A DNA stretch of 52,934 bases from Chitinophaga pinensis (GTDB lineage Bacteria; Bacteroidota; Bacteroidia; CAMBQF01). This document shows positions 1-8,909 of this stretch, in pieces (the stretch's first letter is position 1; each line of letters opens with the position of its first letter). A model generated the notes under the pieces. The model saw only the letters and a program-made list of their open reading frames with translations, was not told the DNA's origin and searched no databases. A program made the position numbers and the translations under genes. The stretch is from the NCBI GenBank assembly GCA_945869825.1, contig CAMBQF010000003.1, forward strand, positions 1 to 52,934, read 5' to 3'.

Positions 1-1
1 T

Positions 2-1492
2 GGTACAGGCTTTGTGGGCAAGGCTTTCGGGCCTATTATGTTTATCTGGTTTAGTATGCTGGCGGTGCTAGGTATACGCGAACTTAACGGCCATTGGGAA
101 ATTTTAAGCGCCATTAACCCTATGCACGGTTACAACCTTTTGGTAAACCACCCGCAGGGCTTTTGGCTGTTGGGCGCGGTGTTCCTGTGTACCACCGGGG
201 CCGAAGCCTTATACTCTGACCTTGGCCACTGTGGCCGCATAAACATACGCGTGTCGTGGGTATTTGTAAAAACCTGCCTGCTGCTAAACTACTTTGGCCA
301 GGGCGCATGGTTGTTGCAACACACCGGCATGCCTATTGGCGACAACCGTATTTTCTTTGCCCTTATGCCGCCCGAGTTTTTATTGGTGGGCATTGGCATT
401 GCTACCCTTGCGGCTATTATTGCCAGCCAGGCATTAATATCAGGTTCGTTTACATTGATATCAGAAGCTATACGCCTAAACTTTTGGCCCAAGCTGCGCA
501 TTATGTACCCTACCGATTTTAAAGGCCAGTTGTATATTCCGGCCATTAACACCATGCTATGGGCGGGCTGTGTGGCGGTTACATTATACTTTAGGGAATC
601 ATCGGCTATGGAGGCGGCTTACGGCCTTTCTATCACCATTACCATGCTTATGACCACCGTGCTGTTGTACCATTACCTAAAGTACATCCGCAAGGTATCG
701 TTCGCCATGGTTATCCCATTGCTGTTGCTATTTGTGTTTATTGAGGGATGCTTTTTACTGGCCAACCTGCTTAAGTTTATGGATGGGGGCTGGATAACAC
801 TACTCATAGCTTCGTCGCTTATAATTATTATGTTTGTATGGTACAGGGCACGTAAAATTAAAAACCGCTATACTGAGTTTGATAAGATTGATAAGTACCT
901 GCCCATGCTTACCGCGCTTAGCGCTGACGAGACGGTAGCTAAAAACTCTACTCACCTGGTATACCTTACCAGCGCCAACTTTGATAACCAGCTGGAGAGT
1001 AAGATTGTGTACTCTATCTTTCAGAAACAACCTAAACGTGCCGATGTGTATTGGTTTTTACACGTTGATGTACTGGACTCGCCCTATACCATGGAATATA
1101 AGGTGATTGAACTGGTAAAAGAGCACGTATTCCGTATCGATTTCCGCCTTGGTTTCCGCATAGAGCCTAAGATAAACCTGCTGTTCCGCCAAGTGGTAGA
1201 AAATATGGTAGAGCGTGGCGAGGTAGATATTACCAGTCGCTACCAATCGCTTAAAAAAGAAAGCGTTACCGGCGACTTCCGCTTTGTGGTGTTAGAGAAA
1301 TACCTATCTCACGATAATAACCTGTCGCTTGTAGACAAGGTGGTTATGGACGTATATGCCGAGTTGAAAAAGCTTAGCTTATCAGAAGAACGCGGCTTTG
1401 GCTTAGACACCAGCTCTGTAACGGTAGAGAAGGTACCAATGGTTGTATCGCGTATACAAAAAGCCCCGCTTAAGCGCATAGAGCGCCATTAA
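2..1492 (+). CDS. kup: KUP/HAK/KT potassium transporter (5'-truncated by window edge)
   Basis: Motifs FGPIM, TGAEALYSDLGH, IASQALISGSF, GQLYIP and AAYG. The frame is open from position 2. Confidence 0.95.
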   Translation, partial: GTGFVGKAFGPIMFIWFSMLAVLGIRELNGHWEILSAINPMHGYNLLVNHPQGFWLLGAVFLCTTGAEALYSDLGHCGRINIRVSWVFVKTCLLLNYFGQGAWLLQHTGMPIGDNRIFFALMPPEFLLVGIGIATLAAIIASQALISGSFTLISEAIRLNFWPKLRIMYPTDFKGQLYIPAINTMLWAGCVAVTLYFRESSAMEAAYGLSITITMLMTTVLLYHYLKYIRKVSFAMVIPLLLLFVFIEGCFLLANLLKFMDGGWITLLIASSLIIIMFVWYRARKIKNRYTEFDKIDKYLPMLTALSADETVAKNSTHLVYLTSANFDNQLESKIVYSIFQKQPKRADVYWFLHVDVLDSPYTMEYKVIELVKEHVFRIDFRLGFRIEPKINLLFRQVVENMVERGEVDITSRYQSLKKESVTGDFRFVVLEKYLSHDNNLSLVDKVVMDVYAELKKLSLSEERGFGLDTSSVTVEKVPMVVSRIQKAPLKRIERH

Positions 1493-1504
1493 AAAGCTCT
1501 TTGC

Positions 1505-3265
1505 TTATACCTCCTCTTCAGTGTTTTTAAACTGAAGCTCGAACAGGCGTTTGTACTGGCCGTTTTGGGCAAGTAGCCCTTGGTGGGTGCCTTGTTCTAT
1601 AATCTGGCCATGGTCAAATACCAATATATAATCAGCTTTTTGCACGGTAGCCAAACGGTGAGCAATGACTATAGACGTACGCCCTTGCGTTAGCTTAGCC
1701 AAAGCCTCCTGTATCATCTCTTCCGACTCGGTATCTACAGACGAGGTTGCCTCATCAAGGATAAGGATAGACGGGTTGTGGATGTAGGCACGCATAAACG
1801 ATATCAACTGGCGCTGGCCAACCGATAGCACCGCACCACGCTCCATAACATTGTAGTCAAAATCGCCGGGCAGGTTATTAATAAAGCGCTCTGCGCCTAT
1901 CATACGGGCAGCCTCTTGCAGCTGGGCCTTGGTAACCTTATCCTTACCAATGGTAATGTTGTTGGCTATACTGTCTGAAAACAGGAACACATCCTGCAAC
2001 ACAATGCCAATATGCTTGCGGATAACCGCCGTATCATAGTCGCGCAGGTCAACACCGTCAACCTCTATACGGCCTTTGTTGTACTCGTAAAAACGGCCCA
2101 GCAGGCTTATTACCGATGTTTTACCTGCCCCCGTAGCACCTACAATGGCAATAGTCTGGCCGGCCTTTACATTGAACGACACGCCCTTAAGCACCCAGTC
2201 CTCATCGTTATAGGCAAACCATACATCTTTAAAGCTGATGTCGCCCTTAACAACGTCTGTAGTATGCTTATGGGTATTCTCAATAATATCTTCAGTATCA
2301 AGCACCTTAAACACGCGCTCAGAGCTTACAATGCCCATTTGCAGGGTGTTAAACTTATCGGCAAGCTCGCGTATTGGGCGGAATAGCTGATCTATAAACA
2401 TCATATAGGCAAAAATTTCGCCAGGGCTAACGCTACCACCTAAAGCTAAACGGGCACCTATCCATACCAATAAACCTTTTGATGCTGCCGACAAAACCTC
2501 AACAATAGGTAAGAAAAGCGAGTAGTACCAGACCGAGCGGTTGTTGGCATCGCGGTGGTCGCGGTTTATCTTCTCAAACTTATCAAACTCTTGTTCCTCA
2601 CGGCCAAAAATCTGCACAATACCCATACCGGTAATGTGCTCCTGCACAAAGGAGTTCAACTCCGATACCTTGGTGCGCACATCCTGAAACGACTTCTTAA
2701 CCGCGTTTTGAAAGATGCGGGTGCTAATAAGCATAATGGGTATAACCGACAGGCTAACCAACGCCAATTGCCAGTTTACGTAAAACATTACCCCTACAAT
2801 AACTGTCAACTTCAATATATCGGCAATAATAACCAGCAGGCCCTCCGAAAATATATCGGCAATAGTCTCAATGTCAGATATTACGCGGGTAACCAGCATC
2901 CCTATAGGGTTATTATCAAAGTACTTTAACCTTAGGCGCGTAATATGGCGGAATACGCTAGAGCGTAAGTCTTTAATAACCGATTGGCCCAACCAACTTG
3001 CGTAGTAAGAGTACAAAAACTGCAAGCCCGTTTCTAAAAGCATCAGCATTATCAGGGCAATCATCATTTGCACCAAGCCGGGGTAATCGCCCACTATAAT
3101 GTAGTGGTCAATGGTGTAGGCTACCAAAAAAGGCCGTGCCGGGGCAATAACAGCAAGCAAAATGGTTAGCATAGCCGTAAAAAACAGCGTGCTACGATAA
3201 GGCCTTGCATAGCCTAATACCCTGCTTAGTAAAGAAAAATCGAATGCACTGCCTGTTGCGCCCAT
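1505..3265 (-). CDS. ABC exporter, fused permease/ATPase (MdlB/MsbA-like)
   Basis: N-terminal TM domain, Walker A GATGAGKT, signature LSVGQRQ and ILILDEATSSVD. Confidence 0.93.
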   Translation of the reverse strand: MGATGSAFDFSLLSRVLGYARPYRSTLFFTAMLTILLAVIAPARPFLVAYTIDHYIIVGDYPGLVQMMIALIMLMLLETGLQFLYSYYASWLGQSVIKDLRSSVFRHITRLRLKYFDNNPIGMLVTRVISDIETIADIFSEGLLVIIADILKLTVIVGVMFYVNWQLALVSLSVIPIMLISTRIFQNAVKKSFQDVRTKVSELNSFVQEHITGMGIVQIFGREEQEFDKFEKINRDHRDANNRSVWYYSLFLPIVEVLSAASKGLLVWIGARLALGGSVSPGEIFAYMMFIDQLFRPIRELADKFNTLQMGIVSSERVFKVLDTEDIIENTHKHTTDVVKGDISFKDVWFAYNDEDWVLKGVSFNVKAGQTIAIVGATGAGKTSVISLLGRFYEYNKGRIEVDGVDLRDYDTAVIRKHIGIVLQDVFLFSDSIANNITIGKDKVTKAQLQEAARMIGAERFINNLPGDFDYNVMERGAVLSVGQRQLISFMRAYIHNPSILILDEATSSVDTESEEMIQEALAKLTQGRTSIVIAHRLATVQKADYILVFDHGQIIEQGTHQGLLAQNGQYKRLFELQFKNTEEEV

Positions 3266-3272
3266 AAGCGTG

Positions 3273-3280
3273 CAAAATTA
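3273..3280 (-). promoter_or_regulatory. Bacteroidota -7 promoter box for the ABC exporter
   Basis: TAATTTTG on the minus strand, 7 nt upstream of the ATG. Confidence 0.65.
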
Positions 3281-3337
3281 GTTAATTGTTGCGACATTGA
3301 AACAGATAGATAAACAGGTAATATGTTCTGGGCTATA

Positions 3338-3383
3338 TCCCCTCTTGAGAGGGGTGTCAAAGCTATGCTTTGACGGGGTGTGT
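3338..3383. repeat. REP-like double-hairpin element
   Basis: CCCCTCT-TG-AGAGGGG, then TCAAAGC-TAT-GCTTTGA, then a CGGGGTGTGT tail. Confidence 0.75.
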
Positions 3384-3397
3384 AAATTGAGGACTGT

Positions 3398-3436
3398 TCC
3401 CCTTCTCTCTTTAGGAGAAGGGGTTAGGGGATGAGG
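3398..3436. repeat. REP-like hairpin with G-rich tail
   Basis: CCCCTTCTC...GAGAAGGGG followed by TTAGGGGATGAGG; resembles 8871-8906. Confidence 0.75.
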
Positions 3437-3442
3437 TAAAAT

Positions 3443-4996
3443 CTATATCTCCTTCCTCAACCGTGCTACGGGAATATTAAGTTGCTCCCTGTATTTAGCC
3501 ACCGTGCGGCGGGCAATGTTGTAGCCCTTATCCTGTAAAATCTTGGTCAGCTTATCGTCAGTCAGCGGTTTGCCTTTGGTTTCAGCACCAATAGCATCTT
3601 CCAGAATTTTCTTCACCTCGCGGGTCGATACCTCCTCGCCCGAGTCGGTACTTAGCGACTCTGAGAAGAACGACTTTAGCAAAAAGGTACCAAAATGGGT
3701 TTGCACATACTTGCTGTTAGCCACGCGCGATACAGTAGAAATATCAAGGCCTACAATGTCCGCAATGTCTTTCAAAATCATTGGGCGCATCTTGGTTTCA
3801 TCACCTTCCAGGAAATACTCATACTGGTATTCCATAATGGTGTGCATGGTAACAAATAAGGTATCGTTACGCTGCCTAAGTGCATCAATAAACCACTTGG
3901 CGCTCTCAATCTTCTGCTTTACAAACTGTACCGCCTCTTTATTGCCTTTGCTGGTTTTGCTACGGCTATATTCTTTCAGCATCTGGTTGTAGGTGCTGCT
4001 CACCTTAAGGTCGGGCATGTTGCGCGAGTTTAGGCTAAGCTCCAGTATACCATCGTTATTGGCTATTACAAAGTCGGGTATTATGTGTTGGGTCGATTTT
4101 TGCGAATCGCTATACGAGTTACCCGGCTTAGGGTCCAGCTTCAAAATTTCGTTTATGGCTTCGCGCAGCTCATCGCTGTCAACATCCAGCCTGCGCTCAA
4201 TTTTGTCGTAGTGCTTTTTAGAGAATTCGTCCATGCAACGCTCCAGCACAGCAATAGCCAGGGCAATGCTTTTCTGCCTGGTATCTTTCCGTTTAAGTTG
4301 AAGGATAAGGCATTCTTTCAAATCGCGCGCGCCAACACCTGCCGGGTCAAAGGTTTGAATGGTCTCTAATATCTCTGTTACCTCTTCCTCGGTAGTAGTA
4401 ACATTTTGGGCAAAAGCTAAATCGTCAACAATGGCATACACCTCGCGTCGCAGGTAGCCTTGCTCATCAATATTGCCTATAATATATTCGCCAATCTTAC
4501 GGTGGCGTTCATCGGCCACATGCATACCCAATTGCGCTATCAGCTGGTCCTGGAACCCGTCGCCCGATGCAAAAGGAATATCCCTGCGGTCCTCATCGGG
4601 GCTGGTGTTATCCACTGTCAACTTGTACGATGGCACTTCGTCATCGTCCATATAAGGGTCCATGTCAAAGTCATCGCGCTTATTATCATCGTAACTATCA
4701 TCGGCTGCGGTATACACCTCATCTACGCCACCACTAAAGTCATCACCCTCAAAATCGTCACCTGTGCTTATATCGGTATCTTTCTCATCCAATGCGTCCT
4801 CAAACCCATCGGCACTAATTTCCTCCTCCTGTCCGTCTTCATCATCACGCCCTTCTTCCAATGCCGGGTTGCTCTCCAGCTCTTCCTGTATCCGCTCTTC
4901 TAAAGACGCAGCAGGAACCTGCAACAACTTCATCAGTTGTATTTGCTGTGGCGACAGCTTTTGCAGCATTTTTTGTTGCAGTCCTTGTTTTAACAT
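3443..4996 (-). CDS. rpoN: RNA polymerase sigma-54 factor
   Basis: Q/L-rich region I (MLKQGLQQKMLQKLSPQQIQ), DPAGVGAR and the RpoN box ARRTVAKYRE. Start refined from 5017 to the ATG at 4996. Confidence 0.97.
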   Translation of the reverse strand: MLKQGLQQKMLQKLSPQQIQLMKLLQVPAASLEERIQEELESNPALEEGRDDEDGQEEEISADGFEDALDEKDTDISTGDDFEGDDFSGGVDEVYTAADDSYDDNKRDDFDMDPYMDDDEVPSYKLTVDNTSPDEDRRDIPFASGDGFQDQLIAQLGMHVADERHRKIGEYIIGNIDEQGYLRREVYAIVDDLAFAQNVTTTEEEVTEILETIQTFDPAGVGARDLKECLILQLKRKDTRQKSIALAIAVLERCMDEFSKKHYDKIERRLDVDSDELREAINEILKLDPKPGNSYSDSQKSTQHIIPDFVIANNDGILELSLNSRNMPDLKVSSTYNQMLKEYSRSKTSKGNKEAVQFVKQKIESAKWFIDALRQRNDTLFVTMHTIMEYQYEYFLEGDETKMRPMILKDIADIVGLDISTVSRVANSKYVQTHFGTFLLKSFFSESLSTDSGEEVSTREVKKILEDAIGAETKGKPLTDDKLTKILQDKGYNIARRTVAKYREQLNIPVARLRKEI

Positions 4997-5115
4997 ATAC
5001 GTTCCTATACGAGACAAATTTATAGCAGGTTGCTAATAATGGAACAATTTTTGTAAGAAAATTATTAACCGCCCACTTCTGTGGGCTTTTTTTTGGCAGA
5101 AAGGCCTGAAAAAAC

Positions 5116-5142
5116 AAAGCCCCAACATTACTGTCAGGGCTT
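5116..5142 (-). terminator. Probable intrinsic terminator downstream of tRNA-His
   Basis: AAGCCC...GGGCTT hairpin with a U-run on the minus strand. Confidence 0.55.
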
Positions 5143-5157
5143 CTTTACTCAATGATG

Positions 5158-5232
5158 GGTGGAATACCGGGCTCGAACCGGCGACCTCCTGAACCACAAT
5201 CAGGCGCTCTAACCAACTGAGCTAAAACCACC
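5158..5232 (-). tRNA. tRNA-His (GUG)
   Basis: Reverse complement GGTGGTTTTAGCTCAGTTGGTTAGAGCGCCTGATTGTGGTTCAGGAGGTCGCCGGTTCGAGCCCGGTATTCCACC folds as a cloverleaf. Anticodon GTG, G-1:C73 identity element; CCA is not fully encoded. Confidence 0.96.
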
Positions 5233-5244
5233 ATTTTAGGGCGG

Positions 5245-5291
5245 CAAATATAAACAAAATTTCATTCCGCCTGTCATATATGCTAATTTTG
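5245..5291. promoter_or_regulatory. Divergent -7 promoter boxes for tRNA-His and copA
   Basis: TATATTTG (minus strand, 5245-5252) and TAATTTTG (plus strand, 5284-5291). Confidence 0.65.
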
Positions 5292-5301
5292 TAGCTGAAA
5301 A

Positions 5302-7455
5302 ATGAAAACCATGGAAGAAATAGTAACCCTGGAAGTAGAGGGCATGACCTGCACCAACTGCGCGATGGGTGTTGCCAAAACACTGGAGAAAGCAGGCCTT
5401 ACCAACGTACACGCCGACTTTGCCAGTGGAGAAGTGGTCTATTCCAATGTATCAGCCCTGGCTAAAGATGCCGTAATTAATAAGATTGAAGCCCTTGGCT
5501 ATAAAGTAAAAAGCCAAGGCGAAGATACCCACAATCATGCCCGCAGCAGCAACAAATGGGGCGTTGAGCAAAAATTCTGGTTTAGCCTGGCGTTTACAGT
5601 ACCGCTAATGCTGCACATGGTATTCCCACACACCTCGTTTATCAACAACCCCTGGTTGCAACTAGGTTTAAGTTTACCGGTGGTAATAGTAGGCATACTG
5701 CACTTTGGCCGTAGCGCATGGGGCTCTTTAAAGTCGGGCATACCTAATATGGATGTGCTGATATTTATTGGCTTTAGCGCCGCCTTTAGCTACAGCATAT
5801 GGGGTACTTTATCGTTTGATATTCATACCGTACACAACTATTTGTTCTACGAAACCGCCGCCAGCATTATTACATTGGTATTACTGGGCAACGTGTTAGA
5901 ACACCGCGCCACTATGCAAACAGCAACGGCTGTAAAAGAGTTAGGGCAAATACAAAACACCATAGCCCGCAAGGTAACCTTTGTTAACGGGGTAGAGACC
6001 CTGATAGAAGTACCCAACAGCGAAATTTATGTGGGTGATATTCTGCAGGTAAACACCGGCGACCGTATTCCTGCCGATGGTGCTATTATTAAAGGCGAAG
6101 CCAGCATAGACGAGGCTATAGTTACCGGCGAGAGTATGCCCGTAGACAAAGGCCCCAAAGACCCTGTAGTGGGTGGAACGATGGTAACATCGGGCAGTTT
6201 CAGGATGGGCGCTAAAGCCGTTGGCAACCAAACCGTTATTGCTGCCATTATTAAAATGGTAAAAGAGGCGCAACGCGACAAACCCTCCATCCAACGCCTG
6301 GGCGACAGGGTAAGTGCTGTGTTTGTACCCGTAGTAGTGGGCATATCCGTACTTACATTTTTTATTGCACACTTTGCTTTTGATTTAAGCACCCAAGAGG
6401 CATTAATGAATGCGATTGCCGTATTGGTGATATCATGCCCCTGCGCTATGGGCTTGGCAACGCCCACCGCTGTAATGGCAGGCATAGGACGGGCCGCTAA
6501 AAATGGCATTTTTATAAAAGGCGGGCGTGTATTAGAAGAGTTTGCCAACATAAAAACCATTGTGTTTGATAAAACAGGCACTCTTACAACCGGCAGGTTC
6601 GAGGTGAAAGAGGTTAAACTAGCCGATGGAGTTAACAGGCAAGATGTTATTGATATTACGGTAGAGCTGGAGAAACACTCATCGCACCCCATTGCCCAAT
6701 CTATTGTTACTGCTTTTAAGGCCGATGCAAAGCCTGTTGCATTAACTAATATTAATGAAGAAAAAGGCCTGGGCATGAAAGGAGTTGCAGGCGATGATAC
6801 CTACCAATTAGGTTCAGAGAAAATACTAGCAACGGCTAATACACTACCATTAAATAGCCAAGAAGGCGGTCTCTATCTGCTTAAAAATGGAACACTTATT
6901 GCCTCCTTCATTATTGAAGATACCATAAAGCCCGGCACTGCCGCTGTTATTAAAGAACTTAACATCAATGGCATAGAAACCGCATTGCTTAGCGGCGATA
7001 CCCAGCAACGCACCGACTTATTTGGCAAGCAGGTAGGCATTTCTACCCTACTGGGCCAAAAAACACCTGCCGAAAAGCTACAGGTAATAAAAAGCTATAC
7101 CGCCAAAAACAGCACTGCTATGGTAGGCGATGGTATTAACGATGCCCCTGCCCTGTCGGCTGCTCACGTTGGTATCTCTATCAGTGGCGCCACCTCAGCA
7201 GCTTTAAGTTCAGCTTCTATTGTTTTGTCAAATAAAGAAGATTTGGCCCAACTGGCGCTGGCACATAAAATTGCCAAGCACACACTCATCACCATAAAAC
7301 AAAACCTGTTTTGGGCCTTTTTCTACAACGTAGTAGCCATACCCATTGCCGCCGTAGGATTATTAAACCCTATGATAGCCGCCGCCGCAATGGCTTTTTC
7401 TGATGTTATCGTTATAGGAAATTCTATCCGTTTGAAAAGTAAGAAATTGAAGTAA
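5302..7455 (+). CDS. copA: Cu(+)-translocating P1B-type ATPase
   Basis: HMA domain GMTCTNC, TGES, CPC, DKTGT, HP, GDGINDAP, and the TM YN and MxxS motifs of P1B-1 pumps. Confidence 0.9.
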   Translation: MKTMEEIVTLEVEGMTCTNCAMGVAKTLEKAGLTNVHADFASGEVVYSNVSALAKDAVINKIEALGYKVKSQGEDTHNHARSSNKWGVEQKFWFSLAFTVPLMLHMVFPHTSFINNPWLQLGLSLPVVIVGILHFGRSAWGSLKSGIPNMDVLIFIGFSAAFSYSIWGTLSFDIHTVHNYLFYETAASIITLVLLGNVLEHRATMQTATAVKELGQIQNTIARKVTFVNGVETLIEVPNSEIYVGDILQVNTGDRIPADGAIIKGEASIDEAIVTGESMPVDKGPKDPVVGGTMVTSGSFRMGAKAVGNQTVIAAIIKMVKEAQRDKPSIQRLGDRVSAVFVPVVVGISVLTFFIAHFAFDLSTQEALMNAIAVLVISCPCAMGLATPTAVMAGIGRAAKNGIFIKGGRVLEEFANIKTIVFDKTGTLTTGRFEVKEVKLADGVNRQDVIDITVELEKHSSHPIAQSIVTAFKADAKPVALTNINEEKGLGMKGVAGDDTYQLGSEKILATANTLPLNSQEGGLYLLKNGTLIASFIIEDTIKPGTAAVIKELNINGIETALLSGDTQQRTDLFGKQVGISTLLGQKTPAEKLQVIKSYTAKNSTAMVGDGINDAPALSAAHVGISISGATSAALSSASIVLSNKEDLAQLALAHKIAKHTLITIKQNLFWAFFYNVVAIPIAAVGLLNPMIAAAAMAFSDVIVIGNSIRLKSKKLK

Positions 7456-7565
7456 TACACCCATATTTCCTAGACATTTCTTCAAACCATACTGTTCTAT
7501 ATTCAGCAGTTGGTTGCTTAATAGTAGAATTGGGTCAGCAGGCTTTACAGCCTTAAAGGTCCTTT

Positions 7566-7600
7566 AAACAAAAAGGCTACTCCGGCAGTCTTTTTGTTTT
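7566..7600 (+). terminator. Probable intrinsic terminator after copA
   Basis: AAACAAAAAGGCT...AGTCTTTTTGTTT inverted repeat. Confidence 0.55.
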
Positions 7601-7622
7601 ATACCCCTATCTTAGCGCCACC

Positions 7623-8885
7623 GTGCGTCGCGCATTTACCCACATATCACATTATTACGCCCTGGCTATAGTCTTTATGCTAGGCTTAATTATTTTTTTG
7701 CCTGATAGCGGGTACGACAAATACTTTTGGGTAGAATGGGCTAGATACATAAGGCTGCATGGCTTATCCGATGCTTATAACAACCCCGGGATTAACTACC
7801 ACCCTGTAATACTCTTCATAATAAAAGGGTATACTTTTTTCCTCAACAATACCATCAACTACACCAACATCAATTGGCTAAAAGTACCCACAGCTGTGTT
7901 CGACTGGGGCATTATCTTCATCGGTCTTAAACTTATGCAGAAGCATAAAATAAACCTACAATGGGGCTTGTTGTTGGCATTTAATCCAGCCTTTTGGTAC
8001 AATACCGTTATATGGGGGCAGTTTGATAGTATATGGGTGTTCTTTACCCTACTTTCTTTTTACTTAGCAGACAAGGGTAAATTATATCATTCTACCGTGG
8101 CTTTCTTATTTGCCATTAATACCAAAATATTCGCTTTATTTTTCTTGCCCTTTTTAATCCTAATGTGGAGTCGCTTAAAGCCCGATACCAATATGCGCCA
8201 AACAAGGTTCCCGTTTTTTAAGTATGACAGCCTTGGCGCTATTGTAGTTAAGTACATAGCAATCCAGTTTGTAATTTTGCTCCCATTCCTGCACACTGCC
8301 CAATATTCCTTATACGCTATCATCCAACGCTCTACCGAATATTACAACTCCGTATCGCGCAACGCATACAATGTCTGGTATTATTTCTTTGATAATCCTG
8401 TAATCACCGCCGATACAAACCTTTTAACCCCTACAATAATTGGGTTTATAACCATTTACATAATCTTACTTTATTACATTTTTATATGGCCCTCACCCCT
8501 TCGGGGGAGGGTTTGGGAGGGGGCTGCCCTTATCTCCCTAATCTTCTTCCTGTTCCTAACGCGCATGCATGAGCGTTACGCCCACGCTGCATTGGTGTTT
8601 AGCTTCATTGCTTTTTTAAGTTCCCCCTTTATAAAGGGGGTGGATTCCCGCCTTGGCGGGAAGACGGGGGATTTAGCGAGGGGAATATTACCATTCCTCC
8701 TCATCTCCCTCGCCTACATCCTAAACCTAGAAGCAGTTATGCAAACACTAAATAAATCGCTGGGTTATAGCATCAACTACAATTCCATTTTATTTAACCC
8801 AAAACTTATTGCAACTTTGTACGTTATTTCGTTAATACTACTTTTGTACAATACTTTAAATACCCGTAAACTCCCCTCTCCTTAG
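7623..8885 (+). CDS. Polytopic GT-C-like membrane glycosyltransferase (GT87/mannosyltransferase-like)
   Basis: Motifs NYHP, FNPAFWYNTVIWGQFDS, NAYNVW and RMHERY, with many TM segments. Contains in-frame palindromic insertions. Confidence 0.7.
   Translation: MRRAFTHISHYYALAIVFMLGLIIFLPDSGYDKYFWVEWARYIRLHGLSDAYNNPGINYHPVILFIIKGYTFFLNNTINYTNINWLKVPTAVFDWGIIFIGLKLMQKHKINLQWGLLLAFNPAFWYNTVIWGQFDSIWVFFTLLSFYLADKGKLYHSTVAFLFAINTKIFALFFLPFLILMWSRLKPDTNMRQTRFPFFKYDSLGAIVVKYIAIQFVILLPFLHTAQYSLYAIIQRSTEYYNSVSRNAYNVWYYFFDNPVITADTNLLTPTIIGFITIYIILLYYIFIWPSPLRGRVWEGAALISLIFFLFLTRMHERYAHAALVFSFIAFLSSPFIKGVDSRLGGKTGDLARGILPFLLISLAYILNLEAVMQTLNKSLGYSINYNSILFNPKLIATLYVISLILLLYNTLNTRKLPSP
8489..8524. repeat. 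REP-like element in frame inside a CDS (encodes PSPLRGRVWEG)
   Basis: CCCC-TTCG-GGGG hairpin plus GGGAGGGGGC tail; a GC spike within an AT-rich gene. Confidence 0.7.
8622..8674. repeat. REP-like double-hairpin element in frame inside a CDS (encodes SPFIKGVDSRLGGKTGDL)
   Basis: Perfect palindrome CCCCCTTTATAAAGGGGG, then TTCCCGCC-TT-GGCGGGAA, then GACGGGGGATTT; same layout as 3338-3383. Confidence 0.8.
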
Positions 8886-8906
8886 GGAGAGGGGTCGGGG
8901 GTGAGG
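8871..8906. repeat. REP-like element spanning the upstream stop codon and the ispG 5' region
   Basis: CCCCTCTCC-TTAG-GGAGAGGGG followed by TCGGGGGTGAGG. Confidence 0.8.
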
Positions 8907-8909
8907 CTC

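Noticed and set aside
6027-6776. 249-aa antisense ORF within copA, and similar antisense ORFs in rpoN, aconitase, the RND genes, recQ and ileS
   Set aside because: These are shadow frames fully overlapping well-supported genes and carry no recognisable motifs.
5158-7455. Genomic island integrated at tRNA-His carrying copA
   Set aside because: copA lies on the 5' side of the tRNA, and no integrase or duplicated tRNA 3' end was seen.
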